A program made the position numbers and the translations under genes. A stretch of 63,553 nt of DNA, filler included, from Sphacelaria rigidula (taxonomy: Eukaryota): NCBI GenBank assembly GCA_964200075.2. It is 8 parts of 8 records of this genome, joined end to end, with 100 filler letters (N's around TTAATTAATTAA, not from the genome) between each part and the next. Parts side by side here need not be neighbours in the genome. Positions count along the whole stretch, not along the records: positions 23,872 to 31,728 come from CAXNAA020013210.1; positions 31,829 to 39,685 come from CAXNAA020013211.1; 6 more parts are not named here. One strand, given 5' to 3'. Of this stretch, positions 24,887 through 36,200 are shown piece by piece; positions within the stretch are counted from its first letter, which is position 1; each line of letters begins with the position of its first letter. The notes under the pieces are model-generated. The model was not told the origin of the DNA, searched no databases, and saw nothing but the letters and a program-made list of their open reading frames with translations.

Positions 24887-27800
24887 TTAGTCCGGAAGTG
24901 CATTGGCACTGATTATATCGTACGCCCGCAGCCATGCATTTCAACGATTCGCAAAATCGCACGTCGTTCACCAGGAAACGAAAGATTTCTGCATGGTTTT
25001 AGTTGGGAACACCCTGCAGCACCTGTCCGAAGCCATTTGTCTCCATCCACGCGTTAATATCCGCGTCGCTCAAGCCAGGATCCAATTCCTTGGCTACGTA
25101 ACGCATGTCAGACGAGTTGATGTAAGGGCTTTCCGGATGAGTTGCCGGCGCTCTGCCCAATCTGCGTCATGTCGGCAAGGTGAGGATGACGGTAGATTAA
25201 AAAATAAATATCGTGGATGGCGCGACGTTTTCAGGGGGATCACAGAAGAAGCCAGGGGGTCTTGGCACTTTTCGTTCGCGAGTGATTTTGCGTGTATCTT
25301 CGTAGTAGGACCTCGTATGTGTGCATGTCACCGTTTTCATGTTATTCCTAAGCGCACTGGCGTCACAGACAACTGCCGGCCGTCCACAGCGCAACACCGC
25401 GATGAGTTGGAGTGAAAGATGCATGCTTTCGATTCCCTTGCCTGCGCCAATGGCATTGCTTCAGAGTAGAGTCAACGCGATGAAGACGGATATACTATAC
25501 GCTGTTCCTCTTCTACGATCAGTTCCGGGATTAGGAAAAAAAGGCCAGACGCAGCCTCTCAAAGCGGAATGAATGGGAAATCTGATAAAATTAGAGTGGG
25601 ACAAGGTTAGAGGCTCGCCTTTGCTTCGCCACAAGGTGATCATGGCGACACGGCTGGTGTGGCCACATGATACGGGACTATACTGTATTGTTGTACTGTG
25701 GTTGAGCCCCGAAGGAATAGAGAGTGGTGAAGCATGCGGGTATACTGCAAAAACGTTCTTAAACAATGTTGTTATCATGCTGTTCTTATGTTGATTTGCA
25801 TCGATCGTTCGTTTGACGGAACGTCCTTCGTGGATCAAACCCACCATATGGAATGTGACAATATAAATATTTTCATTCCCGTTCCCATTCCCATTTCCTT
25901 TCCATTTCCATTTGTTTATTGTGAGGACGGGCCCCTAGTCAGCGACCGGCCAATGTGTGTGGCGCCTACAAGTGTCTGTTTTACATATCATCACTTCTGA
26001 AGATTATGCTCACCTGCGGAATATCACCAATGCATCACCAGCCAGTCGATCCGAAACTAACGAGCTCTGCATCTCTGGCGCAGCCCTCGGCGACCGCCGA
26101 TGCTCATCGTGGGCAGTACCGTGTTCGGACCGCAGGTGCGGAAGGCTGTAGCACTTGGATATAGTGGACACGACGCTGCGACTTCCGGCCAACATCCTCG
26201 AGAAGCTTTCCACACTTTGCCACGCAGAGGCGCATAGATCAATCTCTCTCGAGCCATCGCCATCGTTGAGATAATTTGAGATTGAATTGCCCCGCCACGG
26301 TTGCCCGCCGCTGCAAGTATTTTTAAAGCAGGCGTCCGTCAGCCCAACTGTCGGTCGCGCAAGTTTGCGAAGGAGTTGTAGTAGGAAGCGTAGAGTATAG
26401 CGTGTACCGCTTGAGATTGTTCAAACGCACCCAAGGAAAAAACAGTCATAATGCGCCAGGAGCAAAGGATATCTGCCGAAGCGTCTAAGTGTGAGAGGAC
26501 GAGGGAGAGGAAATATCAGACGAGACCGAGATAAACATTGCCCATCCCAACTTGCAGACAACAGTCAAGATTGAGAGTCGAAACCAACGGGCTTAATTTT
26601 CACCCAATTTCATCCGTTTTCATCCATTTTCATACGTTTTATAATGGAATCTGGATTAAAATGGTGAGAAAGAAAACTCGTTAATAAGAGGTCCCTTACC
26701 GTGTGGACCATAGGCCCTCAAAATGGGGGTTTTCGTATGAGAAATACATGACATCAACCCAGACACGGGTGACAGTCCAAACATGAATAGCAGAGTACTC
26801 GGGTGTACTCGTGGATCAATGGAAATTTGACTTGTGAGTGATGATAGATATCAGGTATCGACGGAAATGCAAGTGATTTTTTGCTTCCAGTCTGCGGTGA
26901 GTAGTCTCGTCGTTGTCTGGTTACTTGATTTTGACTTCGACTGAGGCCGTGTCTTGACCCATAAACAGAGACCCCCCGCAGATGGAATGAATTGGGCTAT
27001 GCCACGTTTGGGGTTCAGGACAGCTCTTTTCTCGCCACACAGAACACCTTTTCCCGTAAACGTGTGGATGTTGAACATCTGTACAGAAAATAGTCCCGGA
27101 TAATCCCCCACAATTTTTGATCCTGCAGCCTATTGCGTGTAGAGTCAGTTTGTGTGGTGTACGTCTTTGCTGGATACAACAGCAAGACACAGTCAGCGTG
27201 CCATCGCTCTCCACTGAAGACAGTCTACTGCATGCTGCTGATGTCCCTGCTTAGCGTTCCACGACAATATTACAGACGATGTGAATGTATTCTGGCAACA
27301 CATGAGAGTTGGGCAGGCGGCATAGACCACGAGCACACCAACAGTCACGTTATTTGTTCCCATGTGATCTATGATTTAATCACCATGATCAAAATGAGAA
27401 ATACGGCTGAACGGCGAAGTAGTTCACTTGTAGGGGGGAAACGTGACCATTTTGACAGCCGTGATTGGTCAAAATGGTCGTTCCGCGCCCCTCGGACCTC
27501 GTTCCTGGCCTAGAATCTTCCGGGGGAAACTTTCAAATAGACATGGTTGACTTGTGAGCTTTCCGGCTGCCCCCCGAACCCCCCCCCACCCCTCCAAGAA
27601 CCACCCCCCCCCGCACTCTGGAAACCCCCGGATGTCTCTGGATTTTCAGCCTGTGCAACTACTGCGAGGCGACGCTCGTTGTCCAAAGGTGATGAGTCGT
27701 GATTTCAACCATCGGAATTTATGCTCACGATAGTTGAAATCACGGCCTATCAGGTCAGAATAATTCTGGCTTCTCACCGCACTTCTTCGATCAAAAACGT

Positions 27801-27889
27801 TTGTGCTAAGGGCGTATCTTAGCACATTAGTTTTCGATCGAAAAAGTGCGGTGGAAGACAAAAATCCCGATCTGATAGGTCGTGGTTTT

Positions 27890-28720
27890 AACCATCTTCA
27901 AATTTGTTACGAAAATCCGGAGACAGGCCAATTTCATCCCCGAATTTAACCTTTTCCCTCTTTGGTGCCGGAAAGTGATGCGTTGTGATGCATTGCGATG
28001 CGTGAAGGTTTGTGCCAAAGGAAAATATCTGGAACGTCCTAGCTCTAGATGTTCCATTTTCGTAGACTTTGTCGATTTCTGGCGATGAGGAGGCATCACT
28101 CAACGTGCGTCATAGAGCTAGTACCTTAATCGTAACCCATGGACATCAAATTTTGGGAGATTACTGTTAAAACGTATTTCGATGGGTTAATAAAAGAGAA
28201 GAAGGGAAAAAAACGTGTTCGTCGAGTATGGCGTTGCCAAACACAGACTTAGTGGCCAAATTTGTTCCGAAAAACAGGGGATGGGCCATTTTCATCCCCG
28301 CCTTATATTTTTTTCAAAACGGACCGCACTAGTCTCATGAACATTTGTACCAAAGGAGAAGGTCTGAAACGTCCCAGGTGTTCCATTTGCGTAGTCATTA
28401 CCGGAATCTGGTGAAAAATGAGTTATTAGGGGCATCACTCAACGTGCGTCATAGAGTACCTTCATCGCAACCGATGAACACCAAATTTTTGGGAGATTAC
28501 TCTCCAAACGTATTTCAATAGGTTGAAAAAATATATGTATAGTTTTCGTCGAGTCCGAAGTTGCCAAACACCGACTAAATGGCGAAATTTGTTTCGAAAA
28601 TTAGGGGATAGGCGGTTTTCATCCCCGCATTGAATCGTTCATCTTTTCTTTTCTTCAAAACGAACCGCACTAATCTCATGAATATTTGTACCAAAGGAGA
28701 AGATCTGAGACGTCTAGGGT
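27890..28720. repeat. Diverged tandem repeat, unit about 340 bp, about 2.5 copies
   Basis: GGCATCACTCAACGTGCGTCATAGAG at about 28092 and 28431; TTTGT(G/A)CCAAAGGA at about 28008, 28343 and 28685. Confidence 0.85.
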
Positions 28721-29108
28721 CGCGAGAAATCAACTGCTTCGTAAAGTGTACCGAAATTGAAACAAGGGGTGTTTTGGCCGCATTTTAACGTCAATAGAGC
28801 CATACTCCACATCTACTCCTGCAACTTAGTTTGATTATTTTTCAATTTTGAAACGCTCGGGTGATACAGGATTAAATTATCTCTCCCCGGATACTCTGGC
28901 CATTGTTCTACGTGTCGTGGTTCCCACGAACCCTAGACTTTTCCGTCAGGTGCCTTAAGCGTACCTTAATTGGGACATTTACCTCTAATACATAATACAT
29001 AATAATATAATGTATAAAACATAACACACAATACAAATTTTATCATACATAATACATAATATACTATACAATATACAATATACAATATGTAATGTATATT
29101 GTATAATA

Positions 29109-29218
29109 CACGGGTGGCCGCTGGGGTGCCTGTAACCTCAAACTTGGACGGTACAGGCCTTATGCAACGCCTGCACAGTCCAAATTTGAGGTTGCAGGCA
29201 CCCCAGTGGCCATCCGTT
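29109..29218. mobile_element. 110-bp hairpin mini-MITE (Tc1/mariner-like) in an AT-rich island
   Basis: About 49-bp arms ACGGGTGGCCGCTGGGGTGCCTGTAACCTCAAA... / ...TTTGAGGTTGCAGGCACCCCAGTGGCCATCCGT, flanked by TA on both sides. Confidence 0.7.
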
Positions 29219-30141
29219 TATATAGTAAATGATATATGATACTTGATATTTGATGTTTGATATTCATCATTTCATATTTAATATATGATACATAATATTT
29301 CGTTTTTAGTATATGACAAATAATATAATATTTTCAACAAATGTAATGTGTATAAGGATATCTATTGTCCACGGCAGCTGACCGTGTCCACCAACACTTC
29401 GGCAATAAACCAGGGGACACACGACTGGGTGTTCCCTCCCCTCCCCCCTCCCTTTCCCCCCCCCCCCCGCGCCCCTTCAAAGACTTAATTATTCGATATT
29501 GGGGTCTACGTGTCCCGATTTGTTTTTTCGCTGTCCCCTGCTCTTATCAAACTTTTCATCAATCTTCATCCATTGGCATTCATATTTCATCATAAAATGG
29601 ATGAACATGGGTGGAAATGGATGAATAAGACCAGGGACAGTGAAGGGAGAATAGGAGAGCATGAAAAGAAACCTAAGGGGATACAAAGAAGACAGAGGAG
29701 GTTTAAAGGAAAACAGGAGAGGAATGAAGAAGACAGAAAAAAGCCACATCGGGGCAGATGACGGGGAAAAGGACAGAATATAATAAACGGAACGGTTTTT
29801 AAACGGCGAAGGCGCCGGCCAATATTTTGAGTTCGAGCGTCAAATTGATATAGTAATTAATTGATTATTTTTTGTTGGGATATGGTTTTTATTTTTTGGA
29901 GTGGTCGGGGTTGGGTGGGTTCTTTTTTTAAGGGAACACAACAAAACACACACAATATGGATCGAAAAATAATCTGATAACTCGTCAATTTCCGCAATCA
30001 GACCAGCACCCGACGCAAATATTTACGAAGAAAAGGAAGAGCAGACCAGCGATCCTTCGCAGAAGAGGAGCGTATGTTTTTTTTCCCCCGACCACAGTGA
30101 TATCCGTTATCGTTCGTGATCAAGCGATCTATGTAGTTGGT

Positions 30142-30495
30142 GAGAACGGTTTTCCCATCAAAGATACCTCAAGGCACAGGGTTGTAGATACCTCCAAGAA
30201 GGGGTCGACGGGGTCATACTTCCGTCTTCCTGATTGCTGTCAGCCTGCGGCGCTGAGGACGCCAAGAAGGTCGCATCCGGTCTCAATAGCTTCATCCGGA
30301 CTCGTATCCGATCTCAAGCTTTCAGCTTGAACGGTCCGGATGAAGCTCTTGAGACCGGATGCGACCTTCTTGGCGTCCTCAGCATCGCAGGCTGGCAGCG
30401 CCCAGGAAGACTGAAGAATGACCCCGTCGACCCCTTGTTGGAGGTACCTACAAAACCCTGTGCCTTGAGGTCCCCTCGGATGGGAACACTGCTCT
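30142..30495. repeat. Long inverted repeat or foldback (arms about 155 bp)
   Basis: Arms about 30142-30301 and 30335-30495, including a 35-bp perfectly paired block GCTGAGGACGCCAAGAAGGTCGCATCCGGTCTCAA. Confidence 0.9.
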
Positions 30496-30699
30496 CCACG
30501 AGTATCGTGTACGTGGGACGTGGATGGAGATCAGTGGGGCCGACATATTATATGCAGCATACTTGATGCTGTGTTGTGGGCGCCAAAAAAAGATGACAAA
30601 GGGATTGCGTGGTGGCAATACAGTTTGACATGTCGGTACGTCCGCTGATAGTGATGGGAGAATGTGGGGCATTTATCGGGATATTAACAGTGGACTGCT

Positions 30700-30934
30700 G
30701 CCGAGATAGCCCCCCCAAAAAACCGGCCAAAAACATGCACGGAGGCGATGATCATAACTGCCGTTAAAGCTGGTTTCGTGATGCACGACGCGACTGATTT
30801 GGGCGTTGTAGCTGATTTCGGACTGCTACACGCCTCTCATGTGGGCGGAGTTGCTGCAAACGAGCTCAATAGTGGGATCGCAGCCGGTTCGTTGGATGGT
30901 GCCGGTGCACTGTTTGTGGGGGGGCTATCTCGGC
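30700..30934. mobile_element. MITE related to the 590-838 family
   Basis: TIR GCCGAGATAGCCCCCCC / GGGGGGGCTATCTCGGC; shares the GATAGC-Cn-AAAAC motif and a similar size. Confidence 0.8.
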
Positions 30935-30941
30935 ATTAATC

Positions 30942-31324
30942 AGTGGATTCTCCTTCAAATTCGTGCTTTCCCTGACCTAAATTCATGATAACCGATTTTC
31001 GTACGGACGACCTCATCCCTCCCGACCTCCCTGAAACTATTTCGGGGGATTTTTAGCCTTCCGTTCCCCCAAAGGATATGTGCGAAAGCAAGATTTTTGG
31101 GCCAAAAAACGTCCTTTTTTCACCCCAAAATCGAGGCAAAAGTGTGCTTCCGCACATACCCTTTGAGTGAACGGAAGGCTAAAAACTTTCCGAAATAGTC
31201 TAAGGGAGATCGGAAGGGATGAGGTCGTCCGTATGAAGTCATTTGTCATGAATTTAGGTCAGGGAAAGCACAGCTTTTGAGTCGAACCTCATTTTTTTTT
31301 CAACCCTATTTTCGAGAATCCACT
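30942..31324. mobile_element. Foldback MITE
   Basis: Inverted arms about 30963-31097 and 31139-31271 (GTGCTTTCCCTGACCTAAATTCATGA...); outer AGTGGATTCTC / GAGAATCCACT. Confidence 0.8.
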
Positions 31325-31728
31325 CTTGACTGGAAACACATCGATGTACTGGCCGCGCAGCCAGTTCACAACCCTACTTCTCCCTAAAATGCCTGAATTT
31401 TGGGTGATATACTGAATCACTCACTACCTGATTGTAGTTTAGCTGCTGTTCGGAAGACCATGAAAAAATATTGCTATGCATCCGAAAAACGTAAAATGTA
31501 TCCAAGGCTTCAACGTTGGCCCCGGTAGGGGCCCAAACAGTTTGAAACTCGTTCTTTGTTTATGACCACCACCACTGGCCCTATTAGAGTCCACAACATT
31601 CAGATACAGTACAGTACATGTGATGTGTAGCGAGAGTGTTACCGCTTGTACCGAATGGGGTCGCGAATTACGAGCTGGGCCAGCCTAAAAACGGATTTAA
31701 GCTCTAAAAGCAATATATCATCGACACA

Positions 31729-31828
31729 NNNNNNNNNNNNNNNNNNNNNNNNNNNNNNNNNNNNNNNNNNNNTTAATTAATTAANNNNNNNNNNNNNNNN
31801 NNNNNNNNNNNNNNNNNNNNNNNNNNNN
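31729..31828. other. Artificial contig-joining spacer
   Basis: N44-TTAATTAATTAA-N44. Confidence 0.99.
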
Positions 31829-31897
31829 CCTTTTGCACGTCTAGGAAGAAACAGTACGTGGTCCGCCCGGTGTCTTTCCTACCCTGAATAATCTTAC

Positions 31898-34800
31898 TTG
31901 GGGTAGAGGGACGCCAGGCGACAGTGCACGGCATTGTAGCGAGCCAGAACGCATGCCCGCGCGACTGCATCGACGACCTTCAGGTTGAAGGGAGGCGCTA
32001 ACTCCATATCTGGGACACCCGCTCGGAAAAGTAAGTGTGGGGGGCCTTCGAAGACACCGCGAGCCGTCATCCCGGTGGAGTCAGGCTTGTGCATGTACTG
32101 CTTCATACCAACGCTGACCTGGGCTGGCCCCGCAGGCCGGATCTCGAACGACCGCGGCGCCGTTATGCCGACGGTGGGAAACACGCGACCGCCGTCTGTC
32201 AGGGGCCCTTTGAAGTTGCCCAGAGAGCGGAGCGTGGTGGTGTAGACGGACAGGCTCGTGCACGCAGCACTGAAGACCTCTGCCTGCTGTTGTCTCGTAA
32301 ACAGGCAAGAACCCTTGCAGTGTACGGCGATCCTGTTAAACAATCGTAATTAAGTACCAAAAGTGGTCATCAATGACATACTCCCACCTACACACTGACC
32401 CTTCGATGTCCAAAGTAACTCGTGACATCGAGATATGTGTGAACGCTCATGTACTGTGCAACCATGTCTTCTTACCCCTGCGAGAGTCGTACTGATGATA
32501 CCGTACATAATTTGACATCGGAAAAGACCACCCGCGTATCGGCATTATTTGCAGGACTTGCTCCGGGATTTTATTTCGAATTTTTTAATTGTTTGGAATT
32601 GCGTCCATATATTTCGTTATTTGATGACTTAGACTTCGTTCAAAAAAGGAAGAGTGAGGTTTTGCGAATACGAACTTAACCACGGTCTCGGTCCTGAATA
32701 TTTCTACCTAGGTTGGGAGTTATTATAGCCGATGCACAGCCCAATTACCAAGGTCAATTACCGCGGTAAATTCCAAAGGTTTACTGAGTGATCCCACAGT
32801 GGAGGTGAATTTGTAGGAGCCCTCCATCTCATTGGGGTTAGGGTTACGGTTAGGGTTAGGGTTATGGTTACGGTTAGGGTCGGGGCTTAACCCTGGGATG
32901 AGCGAGGCCATACATCACAGCCGGATGACCCAGTCGCATTTTCTATTTCGAAAATTTGCATTGCTCTCGGAGGTCCCCCACGTTCACCCCCAATAACACA
33001 GTCTAGCCGCAGTTTATGCGGTGAAAAACATATACGATATGGGTTGCACGCGTTCTCGGTGCTTTGTCGCAACAACTCATCCCTTCGTGTGCCATACGCG
33101 CGTACTGTCTGCGTTGGTGCCAAACACATCGCAGGGATTTGGGTCTGTCGTCCAATTGGCAACTCCGTAAGACCCCCCCAGCCACAGAACTCTTGTAAAC
33201 CTCTACTCTGCCTCCAGGCACAGACTGGTCCGCCGCGAGGTGTTGTGTTGTGTGTGGTGTGCGGTTGTGCGGTGTTGCTCCCCGGTTGTGTGATTAGAAG
33301 TAGTGGTGAATGAGTGCAGCCGTAGAAAGTACGGGAATTTTGGGTAGCTGGCATCACCATTCTATACCTTTTGTTCATAATTTACGCGAAATGTGTAAAT
33401 TATTATCATTACTATTCTCGTCATTATTAGTATTTCCGCGCAATAGCCCGACCTCTCATGGTCACAGACGTGGGCTCGTCTTTCCAATATCATCCCTGCT
33501 GTTCCTTGCAAAAGGGTTCTCATTGCTTCTTTTGAGCCTCTCGAGAAACAAACACACAAATAATAAGTAAGAATCAAAACAAAATCGTAAGAGGGCACTC
33601 CAAGACAGTTGAAAATAAAAATAAAATAGCCCCGCCACGAGCAGGCCGGGGAGTGTAAACAATCGATAATCTATTCTAGATTTTGATTCGAATTGACCAA
33701 TGTCGGCTTCTCGGTCTTCCACGTCCGTACGCATGATCGACTGTTCTGATCACGATATGTTCTTGAATTCGATACCGATCTTCAACTTCGACGGACACTT
33801 CTTTGTACACACCTCGAGAAGACCTGGTCGATCATGATGTGGGTATGTCTAACCATCATGAAGTTGACCTCAACCCGTCCGATTATGCCTCGAGCAACCA
33901 GAGAACCCAGGTACGTTAAGACGATGTAGTTCTTAATCTCGCCCACGCAGTTGTCGAATTGGGCGTATAGTTCGTCGATGTACGCTGGGGTGCCGACGCT
34001 GCAGTGCGTGTCGAACAGTCGCGTCAGTGCCCGGTGAATGGAGGTGCATATAAGATTGCTGCCTGCGAAACAAGTACACGGCAAAGTGGTGGCGGGATCG
34101 CGGGACGGGCAGTGTGCGATGTTCGTTAGGTCTGTGGAAGAAATGTTGTGGTGGGCTGTGGTGCAGTGTGCTGTACCGAACCACGCGCCCCGGCGGTAGA
34201 AGTATCGAACGAATAGACTAGGGCAGACGAACAGTTACTTACTTCGAATTGGGTGGGCGGCGTTACTACGCTGAAAGAAAATCGAGATGCGAACGAATCA
34301 TGCCGACGATCGCCTCATGGTATAATTCGGCGACTGCATAACACGAGCATCGTACTCGAACTTACCAACTCCGACGGTCTGAGGTGCCAGGAAGAACTCC
34401 ACGAACTGTCCCTCGACGAGAACTGCCATGATTTTTTGGCGTTTGGCATATCCCCTGTCAGTCGCCATATCGCGCATCGTGCATAACCGGGGAGTCGTAT
34501 CAGACACGATACAGTCTACATCGACGTCGACGCACGCGCGAGTGAGTATACACCAGCGCCATGACCGTGGGTGTACGCGAGTGTTGGAGGCGCTAACCAA
34601 AGGGGGACACCATCGAATGCACGGTCAATTGTTGTTCGTACTCACTTGTCTGTGCCGTGCGTCACTGGAGAGCACATAGGTAGAGCGAACACCGTTTGAG
34701 CTGCTGCATCGGCTTGTAGAGACACGAACTTCAACGGCTCCTGATTGGCCTTCGCTCGAATGACAGCCTGACTCATGAAAGCCAGGCGCTGACGGTCTAG

Positions 34801-36200
34801 AGTCACCAACTGTAACGGTCGAGGGGATGTCCGCATCGTAAGATTGATGAGGAACATCTCGAGCGTTGTATCTACCACTGGGACAAACCACGTGCCTCAA
34901 GCCGTGGTCCCATGGAAGACGAACTCGGGATTGAAGAAAGCACAGAAACACCCGCTCAGGAGGCGTGAAGTAACCACAGATATTAAAAACACAAACATAG
35001 CTTATAAATTCAGATCAACATACACACAATAAACGAAACCAATCCGAAATAACGAACTAAAAAACAGCTAAGTAAATGATAAGAAAAACGGTCGGCTGTT
35101 GATAGGCGGCTCGGGCGGAGAGAGTTTCCGCCAAGACAACGTGTAACTGGGAAACGCTACTCGACCGCAAGGACCTGGGAAACTCGAATGGAGGGGCACT
35201 CGCGACTTACGATACCGTGACGCAATGAGCCGAGGTCGCATAGGGAGATGGAGGTTTACTCGACAGAATTTTGATGCGTACTTGCGTCGAAACATTTGAT
35301 ATCGACGGGTCGCTGCAGGTACGAGCTGAGGAAATATAGTGGTCGGGAAATATCCTCCCCTTGACTGATTCGATACACCTGCGGCTGTTTCGGATGCTAT
35401 TCGTGGCGTAATCTCACATATTGTGTATCCTCGTTTTCCCGGTGACATCACGAGCTGCCGACAATTTTGACGAGAGGACGACTCACATGCAAGTGCGCCC
35501 CCTGCTCCATAGCGACCTCCTTCATCTTGCCGGGGTCAGCGGTGATCCTCACACCAGAACTCCCATTAAGGGTGTCATGGTACAGAGTGCACACGTTACA
35601 CTTCATGAATGTGCGGCCGACCTTGGCCTTGTAGTGGGGTCGGTCCTTGCGCATCGTGGTGTAAAAATAGCTAAGACTTACGGCCACCTCCCCTCCCGTA
35701 TTACGCATATCCTCCACGAACGCATCGTACACTCCCTGTCATTGGGGATGTTAGGTGGTCGCGTGTTTCGAGGGATCGTGCGCAGGAAATTGAGCCCGCA
35801 ACGCCGGATAGTTACGCTATATGGCTAGGAAAATGTGCGCGCGTATGAAGTTGTTAGCGCAACATCAGCGTGCGCATAAAGCCAAACAACTAGCACACAA
35901 GCGCGATGCGCTGCGTCCTGGGCTCCGGCGCGTATATCTGTACTGTCACCCACCGCATTGCATCTTTCTGCGGCGCTATTCGCAGGGGGGATGGACCCGA
36001 CTGTTGAACTGAATCAGAGCACGCGATATCGAAAATTGGGGATGGATATTTTATTGTGGTTGAGCCTTGGGAACCTTCGTAAGCATCACAACATTTCCGC
36101 AATGCAAAAAAGAATCTGCCCTCTCCGATTGTGCCGTGTGGCGTGGCTCCTCCTGAACAAAAGTCGGCATCCTGTACTTACACGGAACAAGTTAACCCTC
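31898..36200 (-). pseudogene. Spliced Sola1/DUF7869-like DDD transposase gene, decaying
   Basis: Exons ending 35487, 34809-34646, 34454-34366 and 34062-33813 join in phase via GT-AG introns, giving VSLSYFY...FMKCNVC...SLQADAAAQ..LP...GSNLIC...YAQFDNCVGEIKN...NFMMVRHTHIMIDQVFSR. Further exon pieces at about 32830-32708 and 32332-31898. Stops and frameshifts in the 5' and 3' parts. Confidence 0.75.
32834..32880 (+). repeat. Interstitial telomere-like (TTAGGG)n tract, degenerate
   Basis: GGGGTTAGGGTTACGGTTAGGGTTAGGGTTATGGTTACGGTTAGGGT. Confidence 0.85.
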
